Origin: an uncultured delta proteobacterium
Lineage (GTDB): Bacteria > Desulfobacterota > Desulfomonilia > UBA1062
NCBI GenBank assembly: GCA_963798485.1
Contig: CAWCTR010000014.1
Location: 288,001-352,000 of the forward strand
DNA: 64,000 nucleotides
Direction: 5' to 3'
Made by a program: the position numbers and the translations under genes. How positions within the stretch are numbered: position 1 is the stretch's first letter; every line of letters begins with the position of its first letter. Below the pieces are notes generated by a model. The model ran no database searches, had not been told where the DNA came from, and worked only from the letters and a program-made list of their open reading frames with translations. Positions 41,797-52,731 of this stretch are shown one piece after another.

Positions 41797-44105
41797 TTAA
41801 TGATTTTTTATCAATTCATTTATAGAAGCTGTGTTTCTTATGCTAGCAAGATCAGGGTCTCTCTTTATTAGTTCCCAATTGTGGAAACCTTTCTCTATTG
41901 ACTGTTTCAGGTATTCAATAGATTTATCACTCATATTCTGCTTAGCATAGATACATGCAATGTTATAATAGACATCTGGATTGCCAGGCTGGATCTGCTC
42001 CATGCCTTGTAACACATCAAGGGCCTTTGTATACTCCTGGCGATTGGAATAAACCAGTAATAGACCGTTCATGGCCTGGATGAATTTTGGCTGAATCGAG
42101 ATCGCTTCATTGTATTGAGCAACAGCTTCATCATATTCACCCAGTTGCCTATAAATGTCGCCAAGCCTTGTAATAACTATAGGATCATAAGGATTTACTT
42201 TCATTGATTTTTGTGTCCGCATAAGCAACTCTTCCAATCTCTTCTTGTATATCATGGCGTTGTTGAGATGTTTGGCAGCCTCTGTATAATCAGGTTTTTC
42301 ACGAAGGGCATCATTATAATACTCAATGGCTTTTTTAATGTTGCTCTTATATATAAAGGTTGTTCCTAAATTGTTGTAAACATCCGCCTGATGAGGATCT
42401 ATACTTAATGCTTCTGTATAATGCTTAATAGCTTCATCATAATTACCTTTGCGTGACATCAAATTACCAAGGTTATTATTAGCTTCAATACTTCCATGGT
42501 CGATCTTAAGGGCTTCATTAAAATGCTTTATAGCCTCATCCGTATTGCCTAAACCTGCCAAGAGTTCAGCTAAAGTAGTATGGGCATCAGCATTATTAGG
42601 GTCAATCTCTAATCCCTTTAAATAATACCCGATTGCAGTTTTTATATCTTTACGTTCTCTATGGGCATCCCCGAGATCGATATATGCCTTTGGATTAGCA
42701 GGGTTTATTCGAAGAGCCTCTCGGTAGTATTTGATAGCACCATCCACATCACCCTTATGAAGAAGAGTGTACCCAAATTGGAGGTGTGCTAAGTCATTGT
42801 TCTTGGTTACTTGAAGTGCATGGCGGAAAAGTGTTTCACTATTTTTCCAGAAAGATATCTGTTCCCATGTTGTCCAGGTGAGAAGCACAAAAACAACCAT
42901 TGATATTCCACCAAGGGCTGCTTTACCATAACTCCACCTTCCGACTATGTCCGATAACCCCCATACCACTATGATGAATATCCCTATGAGCGGGATATAG
43001 GTATACCGGTCTGCCATGGATTGCGAGCCCACCTGCACGATCCCGATTACCGGGACAAGGGTACCAAGATACCAGAGCCAACCTACCATGAGATAAGGCA
43101 AACTCTTTGCAGCAATTAGGACCAGAACAGTTATAAGCAAAAAAATCGAGAAACATAGTACTATATTATAAAGATGAAGGACATCCGGATATGGGTAAAA
43201 TACTGCAAGATTGATTGGCCAAAACATCTTCCCAAGATAGGCAATATAAGAATTGGCAGCATTTGCTATTCTGATGCCTATTGGCAGTAGTATTTACTAG
43301 ATACAACCGCTCCCCAGCTTTTTTGGGCAAAAAAGGTGATCACACTTGATATCAGCGCTAGAAGAATAAGTGGTATCTTATCAAGCAAGATGATTGAAGG
43401 CCCCGACCATCTACTATTAAATCCCACTATACTTTCGCCTTTGTCAGTGGCCTTGTTTATCGCTTGAAAGAGATTCACACGCTTTAACGGCCAGAAATCA
43501 AGAAGCAGCAGCACAAACGGCAATGTTACGAGCATGGGTTTCGATAAGAGCCCAAGGATATAGGAAAAGACCACAATTAGATATCTTGTTAAATTTCTGC
43601 TTTTTACATACCACATATAACCCATCATGGTGAGCATCCAGAAAAAGGTGCTCAGAACGTCTTTACGTTCAGAGACCCACGCCACCGATTCCACATGCAG
43701 GGGATGAAGAGCAAAGAGTGCAGCAACAGCAGCGCTCTTCAAGATCGCCCCGGTCATCCCCTGAAAGACGAAGAATAACAGGAGTGTATTGATTATATGG
43801 AAAAACACATTGACCAGGTGGTGCATTCCAGGGTTCATTCCAAAGAACTGGACATCAAGCATATGAGAAATCCAGGTCAACGGGTGCCAGTTGGCGGCAT
43901 ACACGGATGCAAAGGCCCATCTTATACCTTGAAGGGTTATCCCTTGCTTGATAGTAGGATTTTCAGTTACATATCTTGGGTCATCGAGGTTGATAAACTC
44001 GAAACCTATCACTTGCCAATAAACAGCAACTATTCCAATAAAAAGCAGAAAGAAAATCAGAGCCTTAAAAAATAGTGTTCTTTTCATGGTCAACCTTTTG
44101 TTCAT
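41797..44105 (-). pseudogene. TMTC-like GT-C + TPR gene (paralog 8) split by a +2 frameshift near 43288
   Basis: Paralog 6 reads AAA TAC ATG CCG ATA GGC; this copy reads AAA TAC TA CTG CCA ATA GGC, giving ORFs 43278-44105 and 41797-43227. Confidence 0.85.
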
Positions 44106-44120
44106 TGTATAACAACTTAT

Positions 44121-44894
44121 TCATACCACGTATTTAGTCTTTTCATTATGTTCCGGAAAGATCCTGGAATTTCTGAGTCCCATCTTGGCAAGCCTGAAGA
44201 TGATCGCAGTATGCAGACAACCGAATCCGTACTTAACACTCCTGACAAAATTGATAGAAGATGCCTCAGTGAAATAACTCGTGGGGCAACTGATTTCAGC
44301 AATAGTGTAGTCACACCACAGGATTTGCGCAATCATTTGATTGTCGAAAACAAAATCATCCGAATTTTCCATAAAGGGTATACGCTCGAGCAATTCCCTG
44401 GAAAAGGCCCGGTATCCGGTATGATATTCAGAAAGTTTAGCACCCATGAGGATATTCTCAGCAAATGTGAGAACCCGGTTTGATACATATCTCCACAAGG
44501 GCATTCCGCCTTTCACCGCATAACCGCCTAGGATCCTCGACCCAAGTACGCATTGATAGAGGCCACTACCTATCATGGACACCATGGAAGGGATAAGTTT
44601 CGGGGTGTACTGGTAATCAGGATGTACCATAATTATGATGTCTCCTCCCTCCTGAAGAGCAAGTTTGTAGCATGACTTCTGGTTGCCTCCATAACCTCTG
44701 TTTACTTCATGCTTGTGGACGAGGGTCTTCGGTAGGTTCTTGGCAATGTCCACTGTCCGGTCTTTGCTACCGTCATCAACTACTATCACCTGGTCAACCA
44801 CTCCCTGGGCCATCACCTCTTCATAGGTTCTTTGAAGGGTCAATTCTGCCTCATAGGCAGGCATCACAACGATGATTTTTTTATCTTGGTACAT
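44121..44894 (-). CDS. GT2 polyprenol-phosphate glycosyltransferase (DPM1-like)
   Basis: VVMPAY, VDDGSKD, NRGYGG, HPDYQY, GSR, EYHTGYRAF. Confidence 0.88.
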   Translation of the reverse strand: MYQDKKIIVVMPAYEAELTLQRTYEEVMAQGVVDQVIVVDDGSKDRTVDIAKNLPKTLVHKHEVNRGYGGNQKSCYKLALQEGGDIIIMVHPDYQYTPKLIPSMVSMIGSGLYQCVLGSRILGGYAVKGGMPLWRYVSNRVLTFAENILMGAKLSEYHTGYRAFSRELLERIPFMENSDDFVFDNQMIAQILWCDYTIAEISCPTSYFTEASSINFVRSVKYGFGCLHTAIIFRLAKMGLRNSRIFPEHNEKTKYVV

Positions 44895-45004
44895 ATACAA
44901 TCCTTTTACATAATTATTAGGATACTAAGCTTTCAGTCTATCAGGAATATAACTTATTGGAATCAGAATAAGTAACCTGTATAAGCTCTATCTTTCCATA
45001 AGCC

Positions 45005-47146
45005 CTATTGCTCACTCTTCATCAAAAGCTTTTTATAAAACTCCGTCTCTCTTACGTTTACCAGATCTGGGTCCGTCCTCAATATGTTCTTATTTTTGAA
45101 ACCTTTTTTAATAGCTTCTGAAAGCCACATCACAGCACTATCCACCCTGCCCTGCCTCGAATAAATACAGGCAATGTTGTAATACACATCTGGGTCATCC
45201 GGATTCAGCTTTGCCATCCTATGTAATAATAAGAGTGACTTATCATACTCTCCATTTTCTGCATAAAGAATGACAAGAACTTGCAGAATCCTGGTCAAGC
45301 CGGGATTAACTGAAAGTGCACTTTCATAATGGTTGATTGCCTCTTTCGTATTTCCCTCATCATTGTAGAGTTCAGCAACTTTACAAAGAATGGTATAATC
45401 TTGTGGATTTATTTTGAGGGCATCATTCAAGCGAGCAATGGCATCATTGATCTTTCTTTGTTTTGTAATAGCCGTAGCCATTTTCAGGGAGGCCTCGGGA
45501 TACTGCGGGACTAAGCGAAGTACTTCCTGATATTGCTTAATCGCTTCATCCAATTTCCCAATCGCATAGTATGCAATACCTAGATTGTAATGTGCGCTGA
45601 CAAAGCCGGGATCTATTTGGAGCGCTTTTCTGAAATGACCGATTGAATCCTTGTATTTACCCTCTTCGACGAGGGCGGCACCAAGATTGTTGTGAGCTTG
45701 AACGTGTTCAGGATATACACGTAGTGCCTCCATATAATGCTTTATACCGGCATCAAACTCTCCATGTTCACAAAGAGCGACTCCTAGGCTATTATGGGCA
45801 AGATAGTTATCATTGGTTACATCTACAGCGTGGCTGAAAACTGAAATATTACTTGCCCAATACCCGGTTTGAAGCCAAGTGAACCACATAATAACCGGAA
45901 CAATCGCACAGTATATCCCAGCCAGGATATACCTTGCAGACCTCAATTGACCTAATAATTTCGACAACCCCCAAACAATTAAGATGAAAATACCAATGAG
46001 GGGTACGTAGGTATACCTGTCCGCCATAGACTGTGAACCAACCTGGATTATCCCGATAACCGGTGCAAGTGTACCAAGATACCAAAACCACCCTACAAAA
46101 AGGAAAGGGAACCGGCTGATATTCAGTACCACCATCCATGTTATTCCAATGAGAAGTACACATGCCGTTATTACTTTATAAAGATTAACCATCCTCGGAT
46201 ATGGATAAAATAATGCCAGATGTATCGGCCAAATCATCTTCACTAAATAAGCCATATAGGATATTGTTGCGTTCTCAACCCTAATGTATAGAGGGATCGA
46301 CTCCAGGTTACTTATGGAGCCTACGTTTTTCTGCGTCAATATCGTCACAATGATTGCAGCCCCTGCAAGAAAGAACAGCGGAACTTTCTCGTGGATTAGC
46401 GCCAACAACCCGGACCACCACTCATGCGGTTGCATGTGTTCTGCAGTTGTTATCAACTCGGGCCTTTTCAAGGGCCAGATGTCCAGGAGAAGTAACACAA
46501 AAGGCAATGTCACCAGCATAGGCTTTGTCATGAGGCCAAAAATATAACAAATTACAATGATAAGATATCTCCCGGCAGAACGGTGCTCGACATACCTCGT
46601 GTAAAAAAGTATGGTAAGCATCCAGAAAAAGGTGCTCAATACATCCTTGCGCTCTGCAATCCAGGCTACCGATTCAACATGGAGGGGATGAAGACCAAAC
46701 AGCATGGCTACAGCAGCACTATTCCATACATTGCCTGTCATTCTCCTCAAGCAGTAAAACAGCATGAGTGTGTTCACTATATGGAAAATAACATTGGTAA
46801 GATGATGCATCCCGGCATTTAAACCGAAGATTTCCACATCCGTCATGTGCGATAGCCAGGTAAGGGGGTGCCAATTGCCTGCATACACCGAGGTAAAGGC
46901 CCATCTGATATTCTCTAATGTGATGCCTTGTCTTACATGAGGATTGTCCCTGACATACATATAATCATCAAAGCTTATAAAATCAAAAGTGCGGACCTGC
47001 CAGTAGATCGAGAGTATCGAAATAAAAAGAAATGCATAGATAAAGATTTCAACTGGAAATTCTATCTTATGAGTGACTCTATATTTCATGATCGGTATAA
47101 GTTGAGTTTTATCCAGCGGAAAATCCAAGATGGATTGCTTCTTCAA
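45005..47146 (-). CDS. TMTC-like GT-C + TPR protein (paralog 9)
   Basis: FISFDD, NWHPLTW, GSQSMADRY, TPRs, YYNIAC...DPDL tail. Confidence 0.85.
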   Translation of the reverse strand: MKKQSILDFPLDKTQLIPIMKYRVTHKIEFPVEIFIYAFLFISILSIYWQVRTFDFISFDDYMYVRDNPHVRQGITLENIRWAFTSVYAGNWHPLTWLSHMTDVEIFGLNAGMHHLTNVIFHIVNTLMLFYCLRRMTGNVWNSAAVAMLFGLHPLHVESVAWIAERKDVLSTFFWMLTILFYTRYVEHRSAGRYLIIVICYIFGLMTKPMLVTLPFVLLLLDIWPLKRPELITTAEHMQPHEWWSGLLALIHEKVPLFFLAGAAIIVTILTQKNVGSISNLESIPLYIRVENATISYMAYLVKMIWPIHLALFYPYPRMVNLYKVITACVLLIGITWMVVLNISRFPFLFVGWFWYLGTLAPVIGIIQVGSQSMADRYTYVPLIGIFILIVWGLSKLLGQLRSARYILAGIYCAIVPVIMWFTWLQTGYWASNISVFSHAVDVTNDNYLAHNSLGVALCEHGEFDAGIKHYMEALRVYPEHVQAHNNLGAALVEEGKYKDSIGHFRKALQIDPGFVSAHYNLGIAYYAIGKLDEAIKQYQEVLRLVPQYPEASLKMATAITKQRKINDAIARLNDALKINPQDYTILCKVAELYNDEGNTKEAINHYESALSVNPGLTRILQVLVILYAENGEYDKSLLLLHRMAKLNPDDPDVYYNIACIYSRQGRVDSAVMWLSEAIKKGFKNKNILRTDPDLVNVRETEFYKKLLMKSEQ

Positions 47147-47173
47147 GGATCTTCCTCTGCACTCTGTTTATGG

Positions 47174-47201
47174 CAAGAACTCCACAACTGTGGAGTTCTT
47201 G
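47174..47201. repeat. Perfect intergenic inverted repeat
   Basis: CAAGAACTCCACA-AC-TGTGGAGTTCTTG. Confidence 0.7.
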
Positions 47202-47242
47202 TTTGCCTATCCGAAAAAAATTACTTTTCTATTTAAAGGCCC

Positions 47243-48775
47243 TTATAGATAATTGTTGTCGGGAAACTGAACCTTAAACTTAATTATGTTCGGTCCTAAG
47301 GTTGCTCCAGGTTTCATATCCAATCCCAGAATATAAAGACTTGTTTTTGTATCAAACATTATTTCGGATCCTTTTAAAAAACCTAACACCTTATTTTTAC
47401 TCTGTATTCCATCAACCACAAGAAACCATTTGTTATTATTTTGGGCTGCAAATGCTAAATGTTTTGAATCCAGAGTAAATGAGGCCAAAGCTACACCATC
47501 ATAGAATACCGGTTCCTTGTCATCTATAGCAACCGCCCATTTATTGCCCTTCTTGGCCATGTATAATAAGTGTTTGGAGTCCGGGCTATACTGAGGTAAT
47601 GTTACTAAATCATATCTTGGTCCTTCTTTTCCATCATTTACTATAAACCATTTGCCATTATTAATAGCGACACAGGCGACATGGTTTGAATCAGGGCTAT
47701 AGATCGGAGCAAGAGTTTCGTAATATGCGGAACTCATTTTCTTATCAACAATTATATACCATTCTTTCCCGTTTCTCACGGTCATGGTATAATGTTTAGA
47801 ATCAGGACTGAAGACCAAATCTCTCACTTCATCGTAGGCCTTTCCTTTATCGCCATTGATTACCATGTAGGTTTTCTTCCCATCTATTCCGAAAAAGGCC
47901 ATGGTTTTCGAATCCGGGGTAAACATCGGTGCAGCAATATCCGTATATCTCGTGCTCTCCTTGCCATCCAAGACCATAATCGCCTTCTCATTGAGCTTCG
48001 CTGAATAGGCAAAATGAGAAGAGTCAGGACTGAATGCAAATGCACCTATCTTGTCGTAATGAGTCCCCTCTGTATTGTCAAAAATCATGTATTCTCCAAG
48101 TTTTTTACTTTTACTTTTAGAAACTACCGGGAAAACAACATGTTTTGAATCAGGGCTGAATGCCGGATAAGATACCATATCATAGCCGATACTCTCCTTG
48201 CCATCTATGACCGCTACCATTTCCTTTCCTTTGACGGCACTATAGGCAAATCTTTTGGAATCGTTACTGAAAACCAAATTGATCTTTGTGGGAACCTTAT
48301 TATACTTACTATGCTCTTTACCATCCAGAACTACAAACTGATTGGTACCGTCTTCAGCAACATATGCTACGTGATTTGAATCAGGGCTGAAATCCGGAGT
48401 AGATACGCCTTCATAAGGTTTCCCCTCCTTTGAATCCAAAACCACTATCCACTTGGTTCCTTTTTTTGCATTATATACGAAGTGCTTAGAATCCCTGCTG
48501 AATATCGGTGTTTCCTTGCTTATTGAATTATACGCTTTAAGTAGATGCCCATCATAGACCACAGCGAATTCTTTACCTTTTTGTGCAACAGCGGCAATGT
48601 GTTGAGAATTAGGACTCGGTTTGATTGATGCTAAATAAATCTTCCAATCCTTGAATGGCTCAATAAGGATATTAATCTTTTCTACCAGGATTTTATTGTC
48701 TGCGGAAAGACATGGGATCGGGGTCATGAATCCGACAACTAAAACAATCACCAAATAAAATCGCATAGTTTTCAT
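47243..48775 (-). CDS. Secreted beta-propeller protein (TolB/PD40-like repeats)
   Basis: Signal peptide; about 11 repeats of roughly 38 aa, DGKE..YD....FSPDSKH.AY.A. Confidence 0.8.
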   Translation of the reverse strand: MKTMRFYLVIVLVVGFMTPIPCLSADNKILVEKINILIEPFKDWKIYLASIKPSPNSQHIAAVAQKGKEFAVVYDGHLLKAYNSISKETPIFSRDSKHFVYNAKKGTKWIVVLDSKEGKPYEGVSTPDFSPDSNHVAYVAEDGTNQFVVLDGKEHSKYNKVPTKINLVFSNDSKRFAYSAVKGKEMVAVIDGKESIGYDMVSYPAFSPDSKHVVFPVVSKSKSKKLGEYMIFDNTEGTHYDKIGAFAFSPDSSHFAYSAKLNEKAIMVLDGKESTRYTDIAAPMFTPDSKTMAFFGIDGKKTYMVINGDKGKAYDEVRDLVFSPDSKHYTMTVRNGKEWYIIVDKKMSSAYYETLAPIYSPDSNHVACVAINNGKWFIVNDGKEGPRYDLVTLPQYSPDSKHLLYMAKKGNKWAVAIDDKEPVFYDGVALASFTLDSKHLAFAAQNNNKWFLVVDGIQSKNKVLGFLKGSEIMFDTKTSLYILGLDMKPGATLGPNIIKFKVQFPDNNYL

Positions 48776-48932
48776 TCTTTATCTTCTCCTTTGATGAATT
48801 ATGTGTCATTGTTTTAAGGTAATTAATTAGACGTTTACACGATTCCTCATGGGAACGCAACAATCTGACCATTATCTTTAGAAATCTGCATCCGGATAAG
48901 ACTTCATGATAGTATGTTGTGTACGGCAAATT

Positions 48933-50612
48933 CTACCATTTATAAACCTGGTTTATTGCAAACCACCATATGTGCATTTTCTGACTCCAGTCAAGTCCGG
49001 CATAGGGGTTGTATACTATGTTGGTGAAGGTCGTCGAGTTAAGGTTCGTGCTGGTGTTGCTCGGCACGGTCTTGTTTTCCATCTGTATCAAACTCACATT
49101 GATATCGATAGCATTGGGATTATTGATCTGCTGCAACAGCTCATGCATATTTTTCGGCACAGGCTTGGGCTTATCATCAACCACAATCCCGATCCCGGCT
49201 GAATAGAGTTTCATGTCCGGCATGGGCAACGGTCCGAAGAGGTTGTCCCGTACAGATGTGGGCCTTGGGTCAAAACCCAAACGCAGGGCTATCTTCTCAA
49301 TTGGCTTGATCTCGCAGCCGTAGCTCAAATGCCATGTATCCTTGAAGTCTTGTACAATGACCAATGAATCTGTAGAATAAGGATATCCGAGCAACCTTGC
49401 AAATCGCATAAACTGGAGCTTCTGGTCCATTTGGATAACCCATTGCTTCTGTACGGCCCAGTCGGTCCAGTTGGCATCACAGGTAAGCGTCACCTGCTTG
49501 ACGGGTTTCAGCATCACGCCAAGTTGAAGACGGGCAGGCCATGTCAGGTCCATGGTAGCGGTCCCTTTCTGATATGGCACGGAGCTGGTAGGCAGGTCAA
49601 ACATTGCGGCGGTGATAATGGTTAAGGGGGACCTGCCGAACCAGTCTACCGTCCGGCGGAACTCGTAGCCATAATCCATTTCGAAGTTCCCCTCCATGAG
49701 TGCCTCGCTTTCGCTTTGATAGCACGCACCGAAGGAAAACCAGTCGTAGGGCTTCCAGAGGATACCAAGGTTATATGAGGTGGTAATGTAGTCTTCCAAG
49801 AGTACCTGGAGCGATCCCTGGGTATCATAGGGATACATACCGCCGTTGAACCAGGGTGGAGGCAGGGTAAGCTCGGAAACTACCGGGATCTCAAGGCCTT
49901 TCGTTGCGTCTCCGAGCGCACCGGTAAGGGCCGACATGTCGTTGGGCGCCCTCATTTGCAGCTGCATCATGAACATCGATGGACCAATCCCCACCGATGC
50001 CCCCACTGAGACGGTGTCGGTCAGCTTGTAGGCTATAGCTGGCGTTAAGAAGCTCATCCTCACCATCCAGGCCTTCTGGCCCAGCAGGCTCATAGGATTA
50101 GTGGATTGATTCCTTAGGCCCACACCAAAGGGGGCAAAATTACCGAAGCCGAAGGTCCATCTGGAATATTTCGGATCAGGCGGCTTATACGAGATGCCCA
50201 TCGAGGGGGTAATAAGGTAAGGTAATGCAAAATCGATATAGGGGATGATCATATACCCGCTTTCCTGCATGCTCACAGACCCACTCAGCGGGTCTCTTCC
50301 CTTGTTGAACGATCCGCCGAAGGGCGCCCATAGCTGGCCTGTAGTAGGATCAACGCCCTGGTTAAGCGTTAACTCACGATACGTGAATGCCATGCCGATA
50401 GAATTATCAAAACGGGTGCCCGGTATGTCCGCAAGGCCTGCGGGATTGTAGTGGATAGCCAGGGCGCCGGGGGGATATGCCGTCACTGCACTGCCCATGG
50501 AGGCTGCCAGGGGGCTGACGACAAGTTGTTCGAACAGGGCTGCAGATAATGAAACGGGGAAAAAGATTATTGAGGTCATGAAGATCAGTAATAAGGTATG
50601 TAGCCTCTTCAT
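48933..50612 (-). CDS. OmpP1/FadL-family outer membrane protein (FilD-like)
   Basis: Signal peptide; SMGSAVTA, IHYNPAGL, NWTDW; C-terminal W. Confidence 0.82.
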   Translation of the reverse strand: MKRLHTLLLIFMTSIIFFPVSLSAALFEQLVVSPLAASMGSAVTAYPPGALAIHYNPAGLADIPGTRFDNSIGMAFTYRELTLNQGVDPTTGQLWAPFGGSFNKGRDPLSGSVSMQESGYMIIPYIDFALPYLITPSMGISYKPPDPKYSRWTFGFGNFAPFGVGLRNQSTNPMSLLGQKAWMVRMSFLTPAIAYKLTDTVSVGASVGIGPSMFMMQLQMRAPNDMSALTGALGDATKGLEIPVVSELTLPPPWFNGGMYPYDTQGSLQVLLEDYITTSYNLGILWKPYDWFSFGACYQSESEALMEGNFEMDYGYEFRRTVDWFGRSPLTIITAAMFDLPTSSVPYQKGTATMDLTWPARLQLGVMLKPVKQVTLTCDANWTDWAVQKQWVIQMDQKLQFMRFARLLGYPYSTDSLVIVQDFKDTWHLSYGCEIKPIEKIALRLGFDPRPTSVRDNLFGPLPMPDMKLYSAGIGIVVDDKPKPVPKNMHELLQQINNPNAIDINVSLIQMENKTVPSNTSTNLNSTTFTNIVYNPYAGLDWSQKMHIWWFAINQVYKW

Positions 50613-50624
50613 TTGACCGACACC

Positions 50625-51758
50625 TTACATAACAAAGTCAAAAGGCACCCTTGCAGTAAGCGAAAATCCTGCATTTACAAGACTGTATGCCAGAGATACC
50701 GAGATCGATGTTTTGGGTGTCACCGTAATACCCATGCCCACCCCAAACATGGCCGATACACTATCTCCGCTCTCTGCCGGGGCTGTCAGCTCTTTATAAG
50801 TGAGCGTTGAGGATTTGGCATAGCTATAGTTGAAAGTCATGTTCATAGAAACGGAATACGATAAAGAATACCCCATTCCCATATTGAAGGAGTAGGTGGG
50901 GCCGGAGGTAACCTTTTCCAGCGTATAGGTCTCCTGAACCAGGTAATCGAGATTTTTCAACGGCAACGATTGTGAATATCCCAGCCCCCAGAACAGAACT
51001 ACAGGGTCAAGCTGTTTACTGAAGCTGCTGCCTAAGGATAGTGTATATGTTCCATTGCCTGTTGATAGTTCGGTATCGGGGTTTATCTTATATGGATTAC
51101 GGCCTGTGGGAAATGAGCATCCCAGGCTGTATGTGTTGCTGATATCACCGGGGAGCCGGAGCCATTTCCATGATGACGGGGCCTGGAAGGCAAATCCGAA
51201 AGAGATATCACCAAGGTCTGATTGAGTGAGGTTCGAAGTTGTGCCCATTTTATCATAACGATAGACGATAGGAAAGTTCATGCTTGATGTGAGATTGTCC
51301 AGAAAACTGTATGCGGTATATATGGAATGCGTAATGGTATGATTAGCTTGATGATTGGCGATTAATTCGAGGGCCGCATCTGCTGCCTGCTGCTGTGTGG
51401 TGAATGTCTCGGTCGGGCTGAAAGTATAGCCGAAGCTGTAATCAATTGAAAGGGTGCCCTTCGGCGAGAGGGAGTATTCTCTCCCCACTGCCTCGAGCAC
51501 CTCCTTCCCCTTCTCGGTCTTCTCTACTTCAGTAATCTCCAGACTCTTTCTTGCCTTGGTTTCATCTTCGAGTTTTTGCAGCTCTTTCTCAAGGGTGAGT
51601 ATCCTGTCAAGGAGCTCCTGCTGTGTGTCTTTATTTTCCTGCTGCGGGTTCTTCTTTTCTGGCTGGGTGCCCTGGTTTTCCTGCTCATCTGCAAACAATG
51701 CGCTTGTCGACACGGTCAGGAGTATGAATATCATTCCAATTAAACAAAAATATCTCAC
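50625..51758 (-). CDS. FapF/FilC-like outer membrane secretion barrel
   Basis: Signal peptide, N-terminal coiled coil, DLGDISFG, PTGRNPY, LSTGNG, KQLDPVVLF, RVPFDF end. Confidence 0.75.
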   Translation of the reverse strand: MRYFCLIGMIFILLTVSTSALFADEQENQGTQPEKKNPQQENKDTQQELLDRILTLEKELQKLEDETKARKSLEITEVEKTEKGKEVLEAVGREYSLSPKGTLSIDYSFGYTFSPTETFTTQQQAADAALELIANHQANHTITHSIYTAYSFLDNLTSSMNFPIVYRYDKMGTTSNLTQSDLGDISFGFAFQAPSSWKWLRLPGDISNTYSLGCSFPTGRNPYKINPDTELSTGNGTYTLSLGSSFSKQLDPVVLFWGLGYSQSLPLKNLDYLVQETYTLEKVTSGPTYSFNMGMGYSLSYSVSMNMTFNYSYAKSSTLTYKELTAPAESGDSVSAMFGVGMGITVTPKTSISVSLAYSLVNAGFSLTARVPFDFVM

Positions 51759-51932
51759 TAGTTAAATACCCCCGTTAATTGTGTTAAAAATTCAAATTCA
51801 TGTAGCTTTATATTACATTAAAAGCACACTGACTGTCACATAACATTTATCGTCAGAAAAACGTATGATCTTGAGACCCTTTAATATATCGCTAATGGGT
51901 CATGGTTTTATGCGAGTATGTCCGGTGTCCTT

Positions 51933-52712
51933 TCATTTTGGATTTACAGGTATTTCTTGCCCTATATTGGTAGTCTGGAAACCCGTGTGACCTAGAGACT
52001 CTAATAAATTTTGCTGCCCGGTTATGGTATTAGGAGGGATGGCCGGTGTCGATGCACCCCGGGCAACATCGAAATCGACGAATCTCAGGTCTTCATTATT
52101 TAATCGGAGTGCGTTCGTATGAACGGCATCACTTGAAACGACAAAGACTATATTCTGGTCCCAGCGTTTACGGAATTCCTCAACGGTGAAGCTCATGTTG
52201 CCCCTGTACGGGTCTGCAAAAAAGACGTGGTTCCCATATACACCCCGAAATACCACGAAATGTTTGTATCCGAATAATGTTATGGGCAGGATAGCAGGTT
52301 TGTTCAAGGTCTTGAGGTCGCCGAATTCCGCTTTGTATCCGGCGGCATTGTATCCCAACACCTCGCAGAAGCGTTTCATGTCGAGGAGAGAAAATGCCCT
52401 GCGTTGTTGAATCTTCTCGGCCTCACCATGTTGCATGAGCCCCTGTATGACCTGCTGCTCCGATAATTTTTCGTGAAGGTAATAATTGAGAAGCGTGGCA
52501 AGGGCCGCAGATCCGCAGCTATAGTCATATTCCTGTTTTACAACATGTTCATACAACATTTTACTTTCAGGCTCGACGGTTTGTCTGAGAGGAAGTTGTT
52601 CAATCCCCGCCATGTTCGGATATATTTTCAACTCCCCCTTGGGTATGTCCGGCTGGGGATACATGGTTCCCAAAAATGCTAACATGATGAAGATGCTCAC
52701 AATGACCGGCAT
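51933..52712 (-). CDS. C39-family cysteine peptidase (FapD/FilB-like)
   Basis: QEYDYSCGSAALATLL, FSLLDMK, YKHFVV, FADP (Cys-His-Asp). Confidence 0.92.
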   Translation of the reverse strand: MPVIVSIFIMLAFLGTMYPQPDIPKGELKIYPNMAGIEQLPLRQTVEPESKMLYEHVVKQEYDYSCGSAALATLLNYYLHEKLSEQQVIQGLMQHGEAEKIQQRRAFSLLDMKRFCEVLGYNAAGYKAEFGDLKTLNKPAILPITLFGYKHFVVFRGVYGNHVFFADPYRGNMSFTVEEFRKRWDQNIVFVVSSDAVHTNALRLNNEDLRFVDFDVARGASTPAIPPNTITGQQNLLESLGHTGFQTTNIGQEIPVNPK

Positions 52713-52731
52713 AGGGTTTGGGATGTGCCGG

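Noticed and set aside
12626-46822. Recurring similar small antisense ORFs (e.g. 35981-36259, 43797-44075, 20217-20498)
   Set aside because: The similarity is explained by the paralogous TMTC-like genes on the opposite strand
10835-47146. Diversity-generating retroelement or shufflon as the cause of paralog variation
   Set aside because: No reverse transcriptase or site-specific recombinase seen, and the differences do not appear adenine-specific
51933-52712. Bacteriocin/RiPP cluster suggested by the C39 peptidase
   Set aside because: The peptidase is standalone, with no ABC transporter, modifying enzymes or small precursor; the context is Fap/Fil-like
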